A stretch of DNA of 64,000 nt. Origin: Marsupella aquatica. Lineage: Eukaryota > Plantae > Marchantiophyta. The position numbers and the translations under genes were made by a program. Below are positions 1-13,743 of the stretch, in pieces. A model generated the notes under the pieces. The model did not search any database and was not told the origin of the DNA. It worked only from the letters and a program-made list of their open reading frames with translations. The first letter of the stretch is position 1; every line of letters begins with the position of its first letter. The stretch spans positions 9,970,184-10,034,183 of the forward strand of contig OZ316895.1 of NCBI GenBank assembly GCA_973895155.1. Reading direction: 5' to 3'.

Positions 1-2892
1 CTTCGATCCACCTCCTATGGACTGATCCTTTAGCTTGTATATCCAGTTGTTGTCCACCACTTGCTGTCCCTTAGGCAGCTTGACAAGCTCTCAAGTTTTG
101 TTGTCCTTCAGTGACTGCATTTCCGTTTGCATTGCTACAACCCACTCTTGCTTCTCGTTTGAAGCACTTGCTTCATGAAATGAAGAAGGTTCCCCTTCTT
201 CCAAAATCAACGCGTCACCCTCATCATCAGTAACAAAGTCCTCCTCTTGCAATTGAGATGAATCAACCCACTGTCCATACCTTGGTGGAGCGCGTACAGT
301 GCGACCAGATGCTCTTCTAGCCGATGACTTCGGTTGATCTGCGTGTGCTGGTACAATTTGAAGCTCAGCAGCATCCATTTGCTGCTCACCAACATCAACA
401 AACTCCTCTGGTTCCTCTGGCACAGAAACCAACTCCATAATTGGAGCAACTCCTTCTCTCCGGTCATGCACCTCATGACCAATCTCCCCCTCAACGAGAT
501 CCGGGATAGGAGATTTTCCTTTGTCAGTACGGGAGACCTGAGTATTCTCCCCCTCCTTCAATAATCTGGATTCATTGAAGGAAACATCCCTACTGACAAC
601 GAGCTTATAGGCAATAGGATCCCATAGCCTATAGGCTTTCACACCACTCTGGCACCCAAGAAAAACACATTTATTGGAGGTAGGATCCAACTTGGTCCTA
701 TTCTGCTTTGGTGTGAGAGCATATGCATCACTTCCAAAAACTACCAAGCCATGATAGTCTGCTTGCCGCTTATAGCGCATCTCAAACGGCGTTTTGAAAT
801 TGATAGCACTAGAAGGAGAAAGATTTACCAAATAAGTTGCGATATTGACAACTTCTGCCCAAAATTCTTGTGGTAAACCTGATTGGCTCAACATACTTCG
901 TGACCGCTCCAATAGTGTCCGATTGAGCCTCTCAGCGACACCATTCTGCTGCGGAGTATAAACTATGGTGAGATGGCAAATTATCCCCTGTTCTGAACAG
1001 TACTTTTCAAATTCCACTGAAGTGTACTCCCCGCCGTTCTCTGACCTCAAACTCTTCACCCTTGTATCCAAACACTTGACCGTGTTTCCAGTCTGATTCT
1101 CCATCTGGGTCTTCCACTTCTTAAAAATGGACAAGACATCAGACTTATGCGTCATGAAATAAATCCACACAAATCTTGAGTAATCGTCAATAAATGATAC
1201 ATAGTACAACTTTCCAGAGTATGAGGGAGTCGGGGATGGACCCCACACGTCACTATGTATATACTCAAGAACCGCTTTGGAACGATAAGTTCCAACACCA
1301 AAAGCACGACGATGCTGCTTTCCAAGAATGCAATGCTCACAAAACTTTAATTTACAAGATTGCAAATCAGAAATGAGCCCATTCTTCCGTAAGATAGCCA
1401 AACCCTTCTCACTCATGTGGCCTAGCCGTGAATGCCATAGTTAAGTCATCTCCCCGTGAGATTTGGTTACATTGGCCTCTCCACATACAGTATTGTCCTG
1501 TAACACATACAAATTCTTTTGTCTGCTCCCCTTCAAAATCACTGTCTCTCCCGACTTGACTTGAAGTTCATCATCAATAACGCTCCATTGATGACCATTT
1601 GAATCCAACACACCAAGTGAAATCAGATTCTTACGCATGTTAGGTACATACCTGACTCCGGACACTGTGCGTACAATGCCATCAAACATTTGAATCTTCA
1701 GAGACCCAATTCCCTCAATTTGACAGGAGTGATCATTTCCCATCAGAACTGAAAAACTCACGAATGTAACAAATATGAAAAGAGCAAGCACAATCAAGAA
1801 TCCATACATCATCTGCTCTCCTAGATGACGTGCACAGGGCATACTCCCGGCTTCATAAAACATACTCATCATTGAGTAAATCAGCTTCTCCATTAGCCCT
1901 AGCCACATTTGCCGATGAAGTTTTCGTTGCCTTTCCTTTACAGTCTCGCTTGAAGTGTCCAACTTGGTTGCACTTCCAACATGTCACCTACCTCCTTTGA
2001 GGGGATTTACCCCTGGACTTAGATCTGGATTTAGATCTAAACTGGGTTCTACGGTCCCCAGTTGGTCGTTACATACTCCTCCCACGGTAAACATTGAGAG
2101 CAGCACCAGATGATGAAGGCTGTGACGTGATGTGCATCTTCTGTTGAAGATCGTCACTAAGCAGAGAACTTACCACGTCATTGTATGAAATGGTATCCCT
2201 ATCACGATGCAACAACACTCGTGATAGGGACTGGTAAGATGGAGGCAATGAACTGAGAAGCTGCAGAGTCTTCGTCTCATCATTCAAAGTCTCTTCAAGG
2301 TTTTCCAAGTCAATGACCATGTCGTTGAAAGCATCCACATGGTCTTGCAACTTTGTACCGGATTCTTTCATCCTGAAACTCATCAGTTTGTAGGAAGTAT
2401 AGAGTCGGTTCGACAATTCTTTGCGGTGATACTTGCTCTGCAATTCCGCAAACAAGGACATGCAATCCTTATGTGCACCCAATTGCTTGATGATGGGAGG
2501 CATGAGATAGAGTGTAACACACCACACTCCCTGCTCCTGCATGCGGTCCCATTGTTTCTCATCAATATCGTCTTCATGAGGGCTCAGCAGTTGGTCCATC
2601 CCTGACGCATAGAGCACTCCCTTCACCTGCTTCTCCTATGCAAGTAGTCAGAGCGCCCATCATACTTTGTCACTTCATACATGGGTCCCCCAAGCTTGAA
2701 AGTCCCCATCTTCTTCTTTGGCACTACCGTGAGCTCCGGTAGTAGTAATGCTTCCTCCACCACACGCCGCATCGGTGATGGTATTGGAGTCACGTGCTCT
2801 TCCTCTTGCTCCTCTCTCTACCCCTCAAACCGCCGCGGTAATCCTCGTGCTTCAAGTTCCACATCTTCAAAAAACTACTCCGAATCACTCAT
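1..2892 (-). pseudogene. copia gag-pol polyprotein, disrupted by stops and frameshifts
   Basis: gag from ATG about 2892 (YEVTKYDGRSDY, LLSSLPPSY). CWKCNQVGHFKRDC knuckle at about 1940-1985. Integrase ORF 91-1416 has CEHCILGKQHR, HSDVWGP, FIDDYSR, PQQNGVAERLNRTL and KCVFLG. Several in-frame stops, e.g. TGA at 91-93 where W is expected. Confidence 0.93.
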
Positions 2893-3287
2893 ATGAGAAA
2901 ATCACAAAAATATCATTTTTCACAACTTCTCAAAAAACCGAAACTCAACACCGTCACATAGCTCACAAAGCTAGAAGTCCAATACTGAAAACCGAAATCA
3001 AAATCAAAATTTGACGGAAAAATTATTCAAATTTTGATCGAGGTGGGTAAAACCTTGGGAAACTCCCCCGTTTTGACCACCTCAGGGAATAACCAAAATA
3101 CCAAGTACAACCCATTGTCGGAATTGCAATGCAATCGGTGCGCCGTGTTGCCAACTTCAATGGCTACGACCTCACCGAAAAAGAACCAAAAAAGTTACTG
3201 TTCGGCAGACAAAATCTTTGTCGGACGACCAAAAAATAGCTCTCTATTTTTTGTGAATATTCCCGTATAGTCCGACAAGTCTCATAG

Positions 3288-4927
3288 AGGGCTGTTCCCC
3301 CTGTCTCAAGCGGTTAAAATGGAGGGTCAGAGGGCCCGGGATGCGGCACAACCAATGAGGAGGAGGAGAGAAAAAAATTCAGAAAAAACACTTTAAAATG
3401 GGTCTTAAAGCCCCTGGAAAAGGTGCATGTATTCGCAGCCACGCGCACGTATTTGCGACCAGAATTGCATATAAAGTGCAAAAATATGTGAAAAAACGGG
3501 TTTAAATGGGTCAAAACACGCATATTTGGGCCGTATAAGGGCGTTTTGGGCCGTATTTTCACCAAAAAAAGCACATTTTTTGCGCTTAAAGGGGTGTGGG
3601 AGGCCCGGGCGCGCGCCGGGGCATATGGCAAAGTAGGTTTATCGGGATTTGAAGGTATACAGGCCGTATGGGGGCAAAAAAATGCCCTAAACTAACCTTA
3701 AAATGTGCCAAAAAATGACACAAAGGCCGTGTTATAAACCTCAGCTGCCTTCGCTTTGGTTTTTAATGAGAAAAGTGATGACCGCTGTCGTGGGGATTCC
3801 CTTTAGAAGGCTAGAATCCATATTGTGTTATTTGAGTTTATATGAAAAAGAATTTACTGAAAAGTTTCATAGTAGTACTATTAGAGCATATATGTTACAT
3901 TCTATTTGCAGTGTGTACATTCTACAATAATACACAGTAGTTCCACCATTTATGCATAGTAGTTTTACCAACTATGCATAGTAATTCCATCAACTACGCA
4001 TAGTAGTTGCACCAATTACGCATAGTAATTTCACCAACTACGCATAGTAGTTGCACCAACTACGCATAGTAGTTTCACCAATTACACGTAATAACTCCAC
4101 CAACTACGCACAGTAGTTCCATCAACTATGAATAGTATTAGCACATTTATAGGTGTTTGATGCTTGCCACTTGGCTTCCATCCAAGGGTCAAGGCATCGA
4201 TCCATGCCCTCTTGGAAAGCACAAAGGGACACTATAAATAAAGTGAAGAGGAGCACACTCTCCTCATTCGCATTGTTTGATCTATCATGTTAGACTTGCA
4301 ACACTGTAAGGAACTATTTCCTTCTTGTGCACATGTCTTGTTTATTATTTACATCCATGCTTGGGTACTAACTTGATTGTTGGCCTTAATTAGAACTATT
4401 TTATGTTTTATGTTTATTAGTCTTGAGATCAATTTAGTGTGCTTGTAATGAATAATATGATAAATGGAGTACCTAGAATTTATCCCCCACTTGCTCTGCC
4501 ATTTGTCAATCCTTTCTTAATTAGAATTCATTGTCTTAGCAAACATACCATGAGAATGCATCTTCTTTATCATTTTGGGTTTGAGTTAATGGAAACAGTT
4601 ATGAATAGCAATACAGCATTTGTATACCCGATTGTTGTTTATGGAAATGAATGGAATATAATTATTTTTATTTTATATTAGATGGATTTTAATAGACAAC
4701 CCGTAAATGTACCGGAGTTAGATTTGAATAGGCTTCCTAATAATGTGTCTGATTTTCCTTCATCTATTGACATTAGAGTGGTATGTCGTAAGAAAATTGA
4801 TTGTAGAGATGTTTTAGTTAGAAAGTATGGAGATGAAAGATACAATGTTATGCTTAGGATGTCAAAGCCTATGATTATATCATCTATGGTAAATCTTAAG
4901 ATCATAGTCTTTGTTTTCTATAATTGA
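3288..4927 (+). mobile_element. Truncated DNA-transposon-like insertion (possibly PIF/Harbinger) in the copia leader
   Basis: Composition changes abruptly at (A)GGGCTGTTCCCC. An internal 22-bp minisatellite is present. ORF 4682-4927 has DLN and MLRMSK, reminiscent of a Harbinger transposase N-terminus. No second TIR seen. Confidence 0.4.
3934..4137. repeat. 22-bp minisatellite, about 9 copies (CATAGTAGTTNCACCAACTACG)
   Basis: Tandem units directly visible. Confidence 0.9.
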
Positions 4928-5844
4928 CTTATCTAATTATACGATTCGTTGGAAATTGCAATCCATGACTTGACTTGGGAAGTAAGTTATGTGGAAAGAA
5001 GATAGGCCGATTCGAGGCTTAGTGTGAGGAAGCCGCTCATCGTAGAGTGGGACAAAGGCTGTGAGAGATATTTTACAGGATAATGGCGAGAGAAATTGAT
5101 CGACAAAGGGGATCACAATGGTAATGTGAGGTGAGAAAATGCGTACTTTGGAAAGGTTTCTTCCAAGATAGGAAAAACAAGAGCTCGGTGCTTCCCAAGA
5201 ACTAAAGATGCCCCCGATACCGTCGACATAAAAATGTTGTCGAATTGCACCGGGACATCTGTAGCTCCACCAAAGAAGAGAAAACCTCCGCCGTGTCTTA
5301 CTCTCTACGCGTCAAGGGCCAATCCCGGACTCAAAACGATTGCCTCACCACAATCTCTCTGTTGAGCCTCAGCACTTCGCGTTTCTTCCTCCTAGTCAAG
5401 CGTCACGATGAGTAATCTGGTTTAGGGAAAAATAAGCACCATAGCTTGTCAAAAAACCAGAACTCAACTTTCACTCATCACGACGCACTCGCTCCACAAA
5501 CTCTAGCAAACCAGGTACCAAAATGACCAGCTCGCTTCAACCTTCAACTTGAGCTATAACATGCAATGCTTCCCGCACCGCACAGCTCACACCATTGAAA
5601 AAACAATCTCTGGTCTCTCCCCCGAAATCTCGTCGAACACGAATAAACCCTGAACGATGCAAACTTCAATTCCTTTGCACCACGGATACCGATCAGCGAG
5701 TTCTAACCACTGTTAGAAAGCCCTCTCACTAACCTATTCGCTCAGCCACACACATTCGAGTTTCATGCAACGAAACCCTAAATGCAACACCAACAATGAA
5801 CGCTGGAAAACCATCACGAAGAAACCTCGTCACCTCCCAGGCAT

Positions 5845-5856
5845 GCTCTGATACCA
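5845..5856 (-). promoter_or_regulatory. Primer binding site complementary to initiator tRNA-Met
   Basis: Plus-strand GCTCTGATACCA is TGGTATCAGAGC on minus, 2 nt from the LTR edge. Confidence 0.92.
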
Positions 5857-5858
5857 AT

Positions 5859-6209
5859 TGTTGAGCATAGACGACAATCGCAACGGCAAGCCCATGAACC
5901 ATCCAACGCACAAGAGTCGACACAGAGAGATACGTGGTTCACCTCCACATGAGGCTACGTCCACGGGAACACACATGAGCTTTACTGCACTCTAGGCCGA
6001 CCGGCCATACCAAGCATCCACAGCGTAAGCTCTCTCTATCTCTCAACTAGCTCCATAACAATGAGCCTGAGTTCCCCCTCTCCAAGGAAACACCGCTTGG
6101 TTATAGAGTGTGCACAGCATGACTAACCTAACCAAGTCTGCGACTAAGGTTAGCCTTAACTACGGTACATTCGTAACTCTAGACCTAAGAGTAAATCCTA
6201 ACACTAACA
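5859..6209 (-). repeat. 5' LTR (about 350 bp) of the copia element
   Basis: TGTTG...TAACA termini next to the PBS. The outer end could alternatively be 6203. The partner LTR is outside the window. Confidence 0.75.
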
Positions 6210-6264
6210 TTGATAGATTTTGTCAAGTACTAAGGAGATGATGAGTTTTTAATTTTACTTTAGC

Positions 6265-6470
6265 TTTCCAATGAGTGTGACATTAAGAGATTTTATCAAG
6301 ACAATACTAAAGAGGTCACGAGTTTCTAAATCTTGATCTTGAGTTTTCCAATGAGTGTGACATTGAGAGATTTTATCAAGACAATACTAAAGAGGTCACG
6401 AGCTTCTAAATCTTGATCTTGAGTTTTCCAATGAATCAAACATTGACAGATTTTATCAAGTACTAAGGAG
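6265..6470. repeat. 80-bp tandem repeat, about 2.5 copies
   Basis: TTTCCAATGA recurs at 6265, 6345 and 6425 with near-identical intervening sequence. Confidence 0.9.
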
Positions 6471-7187
6471 ATTGATTATTTAGTTTTACAATGCGAAGCC
6501 AAAGGGGTTTTAACTATGTACATTTCTATTGGTTGGTTTTTTCAAGCTTGCAAACAATTAAAAAATACAAGTATTTTGATATAAAACACTGATATATCTT
6601 TGACAAACATTAAAATGGTAATTTTATTTTACTAAATGACATATCTCCCTTTGTATTTTGGTTTTTTTTACGTTCAATATTTACGACATGGTGCCCCAAA
6701 AATTACGTTGCTTTTGCCACAAACAGGAATGTGCATGTTTGTTATTGTTAAAAGTAGGATCATTCCTGTTTGTGGTTGGTTGTGGTGATGTGGCGCAACC
6801 TCGTGCCAGGGAATTTGCAAGAGACCTCTCATGGGGGTCCGTAAAAATAGAGGGAAAATGATTTAAAAAAATACACAACAATTAGTGTTACTTTGGACTC
6901 AAGATCATCCATTTTTTACAAGCAATTTAAACTAAAATGAAAAAAACTGTTTTGAAAACCAATAAAAATTAGTGTTACTTGGACTCAAAATCATTTTTAC
7001 CAAAATTAGTGTTAGTAACACTAATTTTGTACTAACACTAATTCTTGCATAGCACTAATTATGGTGAACAGTGTAGGTAAGGTAAGGTGTAACATCTAAA
7101 TGGATGACTAGGACTGAATTGTGAAAGTGATGTATGGGATGATGTGGACATGGAAATTAACCACGTATTTAGATCGTAACCACTCGA

Positions 7188-7585
7188 CCCGGTTTGGCCT
7201 TGACGGGCATATTGGGGCTCTCGACCCCGTCAAACAGGCATTCCGTCACCCGGTCGCCTAGTCCCCCACCCAGCCCAGCCCCGACCCCGACCCCGGCTCG
7301 GCCCTGCTCGGCCCCGACCCTGCCCCAACCATTTTTGACCCGGTCCACCATTTTTGACCGGCCCCCCACCATTTTTGACCATTTTGACCCCACCCCCACC
7401 ATTTTTGACTCGGTCCGGCCCCGACCTTGCCCGGTCCCCCACCATTTTTGACCCACCCCGATCAATCTTGACCCAGCCCGGCCCCAACCTCGCACGGTCC
7501 TCCCACCCGAGCAACCCGGCCCCTATCCCGACCCTGACCCTGCCCGGCCGGGACCCCAAACTGGGGACCGGCTTGCTAGACCGGG
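7188..7585. mobile_element. GC-rich MITE-like element related to the one at 54100-54485
   Basis: Starts CCCGGTTTGGCCTTGACGGGC and ends TAGACCGGG. Internal CCACCATTTTTGACC and CCCGACC repeats. No TSD seen. Confidence 0.5.
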
Positions 7586-10304
7586 GGAGTCCGGGGGGAG
7601 TCTAGGGGAAAACTCAGGAATGGCTGGGGAATAAGTGAGAATTTGCGTCAAATTGCCTGTTTTTGGCCTGTCATTTGAACATTTACGTGCCAGGCAAGGT
7701 ATCAAGTTACTTGTCACATTAAATCTGGCCAGTGGATAGTAATCTTTTGGCAACTGTGATATGGTAGTCTTTTGACAAGTGTCAATTGTGGAGCTTATAT
7801 TTTGTTTGAAGGAGGAATTTGTTCGATGGAGCTGTAAACCCAAACCTTTGCCTTGATTGGGGTCCAGCTTTGAAGATTTACTTAATGTCAGTGTTCTCTT
7901 TGCACTAGGGCCTCATAAAGCAGATTTCACCTATTGTGAGGGCAGATTGTCCATCCCTAAAAACTATCAAATTTGCTTGATGCCCGAGTGCAAAACCTGG
8001 CCTTGATGAGGGGGAGTCCAACTTTGAAAACTTACTTGACAAGGTCAAACTACAATTTGATACATAGTGGGAGAATCAAACCCATGATCCCAACAGAAAA
8101 CACCATCTCAACAAGTCTTAAAGTTGGGCCCCCAGGAAGTAAATTTCTCTCCTACAGTACTTTCTGTACAAATTTGAGACAAATATCACACTGCTTATTA
8201 GAGATATTTCTCTCATAGCCAAAGAAACCCAAAAAAAGAGGCCAAACCAGGAGACAGGATCCAAGAGCTAGACAGATCCAATGAAGGGAAATAGAAGAAG
8301 ATCAAAGAGCCAAAAAGGCCAAGAGTCCCCTACAACAACAAAGGGAGAAAGCCTTACTACTAGTAGGAAACTCATATGCACCCAAGTAAAGGGACCGCAA
8401 CCTGCTTATTATTCCGACCTCTTAAAGAGTTGTTGTCACACTGCTTTATTACTAAGGCATGTTAAAGCTTCAAAGTTTGGGATGATGGCTTTTGGTCATA
8501 AACAATGGCTAGATCTCTTAAATGAGTGTTGTGTACATGTTTTTTTGTTTTTTTTTTCAAGTAGCCTCTGCAATGACTTATGCTTTTAATAGGGTTGTAT
8601 ATGAGTTTTTTCCCTTCTTTTTTGCACTAGCCTCTACAGCTACCTTACGGTCATGGCACATGATCGATCTTCATGGCAAAGAGTTATGGACTAACAATGA
8701 GTTTGGTAGTCCAAAAATTTTCTGTCCATAACCTCTTATACTAAGGTCCATCAAATATTGAGCTTTGAGACTCCTTTAAAAATAAAATAAAATGAAATGA
8801 AATGAACAGTGAGCTTTGAGAACCCGTTCTGTGTTCCTTGGTATGACTCTAGTCTGATTGTCGTTTGTCATCATCCATTCGTGGAAAGGTTGTGGATTAA
8901 TTAAGTTACTTGAGAGCAGAGAGGGACGAGAGTCGACGCGAGGAGAGGAGAGGAGAGGAGAAGCGAAGCGGAGGTTGAGAGGCGAGGGAATTGATAGCAG
9001 TGGAAAGGAGTAGGCCGAAAGACAAGCAGGCGGGGATTGAGGCGAGGAGAGGAAGAGGAAGAGTGGAGGATTGCGTAATTGAGGACGAAGAGCCAGAGGT
9101 GGTGCCAGAGGTGTAGAAGATTTCGTTCCACGTACGTTTTTGGGCGGGCTCACTGTGAAAGCGGAAGGGAAAACGTCTAGGAGACGGGGAGAGTTGACAG
9201 AAGAAGGTGAGGTTGATTGATTGATTGATTGTGATTCCCTGGAGCGGTGGGGGTCTAGGTTTTCATTGTGGAGGGCCTCTTCCTGTCTGTGGCTGGCAAT
9301 TCTCTGTTGCTAAGAGAAGGATTCAGTCTAGCGTCGAGGCAAGGGGAAGGGTACAATTGTCGTGGGATCTAGATTCTTATACGCCTTTCCGTAACCGTGT
9401 AGATTTGTTTCGCCAGCTCTGTCGTTTAGATATCGGACGGGCATATTGCTGGCTGGGTTGATTGATTGAGGATAATGGTGCAGAGATTCCCTAGGGCAGT
9501 GGATTGTTTTTCCGCCTCTTGTGAGGGTCTCTCATGTGCCAGTTGATTCCTTGAGAGTGTGGGGATTGAGAAGTGAGGGGTTTGGGGGGCGGAGAGGTCC
9601 CTTAATCCAGTCATTTGGGAATACCAGTGTCCGCTTGCGTGACTCAATTCCTTAGCTCAGAGATCGGACCTTGGATTGATTGACAAGTTGGGCATCGGAC
9701 AGGTGATGTAGTGGATTCCTATAAGCTACGTTGACACGTTGTTGCGTCGGAACATTCAGAGATTGTGTGGGCGGGTGAGCAGACTGGCGGGCAGGGCACT
9801 GGTGTTCACGAGTTTTTACTAGAGAGCCTGTCCACCATTCGTGGATTTCGAATTAGGGTTGCCCGTGGACGAGGTTCGGTGCAACACACGGGCAGGAAAT
9901 TGTGTTGATGAAGGCGGCTCTGTGGTGCAGGATTTAGTTTGCAGGACAGGGGATTCTGGTGAATTTGTCGACGATTGGAGATTTTCGTTGTGGCTTTCGT
10001 TGTGGCCGGGATTCATTGTGTTGCGGGTGAATATGGAGACTACGGAGGGATGAAGTTTGAGGCGTTGGTCAAGGAAAGATCTGTAGTGCGAGGACGAAGG
10101 CCGGACTTCGTCTCCGTCACAGATGCAAAGTTTTGGCGTTCAACTTGCATTGGATGGATGGTGGGATTGAAATGAATTGAAATAAGTGTAGAGTTCACTT
10201 GGTCTCTGGGAGGAAGAGAAGACGATCAAATTGGATTCAGTAGGGAGAGAATTGGCTTCAGGTGGTTTGAAAGGCGAATTGGAGAGTGAGGGGGAGAGAG
10301 CAAC

Positions 10305-13300
10305 ATGGTTCTATCACAGAGGCTTCACGAGGCTTTCAAGGGGGCCGTGGAGCGGATGACCGGCCCCCGAACTGTCTCAGCTTTCAAAGAAAAGGGTGTC
10401 CTGACCCCGGAGGAATTTGTTCACGCCGGGGATAATTTGGTGTCGAAATGCCCGACTTGGTCTTGGTAAAATATCTTTGCCCAATGATCAGCCTTTTCCT
10501 CTTCAACATCGTCGAATCCCTCTTGACTGCTCAAATATTCAGGTGTCCGGCTAGGATCAAATGATTTTGTGCGAAAAGGTCCTGGGGAATCGGTCTATAG
10601 TATCTGTAGGTAGTACTGCAGTATCTGCAGTATCTGCTGCCTTGCTCATGGCATCGAATAGGTAAGCAGACTAGAGTTGTGAGGACTGCCCATCGTCGTC
10701 TATTAGTTTTCTGAGATTTAGGTTTTACGGCCGTTTTGACACCTAACTTTCTAATAGCTCGATCTATATTTCGAATAAGTTTTGTATTTAGGGAAATGAA
10801 TCGATATGGAAGAGACAATTTTCGCGTATGGTTCACGTGCTTCCATCTCTCGTTTGGCTTGATTGATCGAAGTTTCTTCTCTTCTCGATGTGGTAAAGAA
10901 TTCGGATAATTGTCATCGAATATCAATCTTAGCAACGGTAGACCAGGTTCTGGTCATGAAGCTGTTGAGATCCTAATTTTTTTAAGCCTTCTGCTATTTC
11001 TGTTTCAAATGTTGTTGGTAATGGGGTAAATATCTTGTGATCTTTGCTCTCCTGGATTTTTTCTCTGTCACTTGTAGCAGCAACCTATGTCAAATGGAGA
11101 TTACCCAAGGCTTTCGCAGGATGTGTTAAGACTCTTGACATTTTCTTTCATTGGATCCCCTCATGGGTGAGCAGGGAAGCTGGCGATCCAAACAAGAGGA
11201 AGCCATACTTTCCTGCAGACAAGCAGTACCTCATTACTCGAAATGGTATTCTCCACACATCTGCCAGTCAATGCCCTGCTCCCGCTTTAGAAATGTATGT
11301 AGCAAGAGTAGGTCAAGAATTGGGTGAAAGCGGGGCGAATTTTGATGTGGGAAGGTGCAGTTCCATGCTTTCGCAGGGCTGCTTCAATTGAAGAAGAGTA
11401 TGAGGCTGCAGGTGGAGAAGTTCTACTGGACACTGATGATGATGAGGGTTGGCTCGCAACTCATGGTGCACCATCAGGTAGTCTCTGATTTTGTAGTTTT
11501 GGCTGGGAATTTTATATCGTTCCTCTTGACAGACCTGATGATGCTGTATGCTTAGTAAACAGATTCTTAAGACAATAGGAAAGATTCACCTTGAAGGATT
11601 GGAGATGAGGCCGACACCTACTGCGTAATTTTCTTATGGCTGATGAAGCTTAGTTCTGTAACTGATGTAGAGACCTTGCTGTAGGTGATAAGCCGGACGA
11701 TTCAGAGGATGTACCCTCAATGGACGAAAAGGCGGCTGAAAAGTCGGAAAAGAGACCGATCAATATAATCTCCACTTACGCCGCTGGAGATGAAGATGAT
11801 GATGTGCCAGACATGGCGGAATTTGAAATGGAAGATAATCTTGCTAAGGATACGGTAAAGTACAGGCTTTTGTGGAAGCTAATGGTTTGAATACCCTTAA
11901 TGAGGGATTGGATCTGGATGGATGGCATATTTTGTTGTTCTCTTTGTGAACATTTTGAAAGATTGTACTGGATACAGGGTCGGGCCTAGTGGGCCAGATT
12001 TCTACTTCCTACTCAAGGATGAGGGAAGTTGAAACGAGTTTCTGGTATATCGAGTACTACTTGCATCGGTATTATCTTTGGTTATGTTTTCGACAAGGTA
12101 AATGTCTCTTTAGAACTTCAAGCAGTCTAATTGCATGCAAACGTAACTCGGTATTGAATGCTGACTGTAATAGGCCACGGTTGAAGATCCATATCCGTAC
12201 TTGGTGGCCAGTGAGCCGGATGAGGACAACATACTCCGAACTCGGACTTACGATGTCAGCATCACGTGAGTTGCTCTAACCGCGGAGCTACTACAGAATA
12301 AGCAGCGAAGGAAAGAATCGGAAAAAAACAAGAATAAATGCTGGAGCTTTTCTTTATACAATCGTCGATAACAGTCCCCCCCTCGTTCAATTGGATGAAG
12401 GTGGCGGGGCCCGGGAACGATGAAAGAGTCGTAGCTCTCTCTCTATCCATCGTTTCTTCGTTTATGCCCGTGAAGGCTTTTGTTCTATACGGTCCACAGC
12501 AAATTTACGTGGTTACCCAATTGTCTTGTCTTGTTCACAGGTATGACAAATATTACCAAACTCCTCGAGTTTGGTTGACTGGATATGATGAGGTACGACT
12601 TCTTGCGACCCTATATCTCGTGCAATTTCTTGGTTGAACCTGAAACTCCAAGTGATATTTATAGATTGCCATAGTAGGACGGAAGTCACATAAGGTCCCT
12701 GGAGTGTGCTTTCTAAGTCGTCTATCATTTTGGAGTAAGCTAAGGAAAACAGGGCATACTACAGCCTTTTGTTAAAGAAGATGAACTTGCTCAAAAGTAC
12801 CTATGGCTGTAAGGGTGTTCTGCCGTTGATGTTTGAATTGATGTTATGTTGCAAGAACAGTCGAAAATGTTGCTCAGGCCGGAGCTTGTATTGGAGGATG
12901 TCAGCCAAGACCATGCACGGAAGACGGTAAGTCGGGAGAGTAACTTTCCTTTATTCAGACTTTGAGGGGGTTTACAAGGATGGGATCTACTCTTCGGATA
13001 CTATCCCTTTCTTGTTTTTTCGTCAATTTTTGTTCTCTCTTATGTCCGACTGACAGTCCCCGGTCGGCTTTGGGGCCCTTGAATTCCTTCATAGTAATCC
13101 TACGGCAGAAAATACTATTCTACGGCAGAAAACTGCGGAAGTTCAGCTAGGGGGTTATAATTGGGTGCACGATGCGACCTACTTGGCAAAGTTGCAAAGG
13201 TAACTCTCCTGATTGGTTTCAATCGCGTGCAGGTAACAATTGAGGATCATCCCCACATGGCTGGAAAACATGCGTCCGTACACCCATGCCGTCATGGTGC

Positions 13301-13743
13301 AGTCATGAAGAAGATTATTGATGTTCTCATGTCTCGGGGGGTTGATCCAGAAGTTGACAAGTATGCATTCATCATCTTGGTGCCTGCAGTATGATAATGA
13401 CTTTCTGAAACCAACTGATAATTTGTAGTCACACGTGAGAGCAAGTCCTTTTGTTTGGTTTGGATTCTCTGGTGTCTTTGCAAATCCCCGTTGGGTTCTT
13501 GATATTGGGTGGCAAATCTCGCAAACTTTTTGAAATAATGTCTGAAGGGCATTTATCAATTTATTGTAGCCAAGTTTTGAGAATTAGGAGTCTTCGTGGC
13601 TCTCGGGTACAGCTGCCTAAGTCTGCATATGCAATATGATGTGCAGGTATCTGTTTCTCTTTCTGAAGTTTGTAGCATCAGTGATTCCAACAATTGAGTA
13701 TGATTACACCATGGACTTTGACCTGGGAGGTTCCCAGCAATAA
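10305..13743 (+). CDS. ATG3: Autophagy-related protein 3 (E2-like enzyme for ATG8 lipidation), 9 exons
   Basis: Exons 10305-10465, 11175-11245, 11361-11477, 11685-11854, 12174-12265, 12541-12592, 12861-12926, 13233-13360, 13647-13743, all GT-AG. Motifs [49 protein letters not shown], catalytic HPCRHG and FLKFVASVIPTIEYDYTM. Confidence 0.97.

Larger units (their letters stand above)
1..6209 (-). mobile_element. Decayed Ty1/copia LTR retrotransposon: 5' LTR, PBS, leader with a nested insertion, then gag-PR-IN; RT runs off the left window edge
   Basis: Minus-strand order is LTR (5859-6209), PBS, gag, zinc knuckle, protease, GAG-pre-integrase, integrase, start of RT. Integrase before RT is copia order. 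That the LTR belongs to this particular gag-pol is inferred. Confidence 0.88.

Noticed and set aside
7169-7605. Pro/Gly-rich ORFs
   Set aside because: Stop-poor frames from a GC-skewed MITE-like repeat.
9207-10261. ORFs upstream of ATG3
   Set aside because: No motifs. More likely a long 5' UTR intron (GT at 9207, AG at about 10261), which cannot be confirmed without transcripts.
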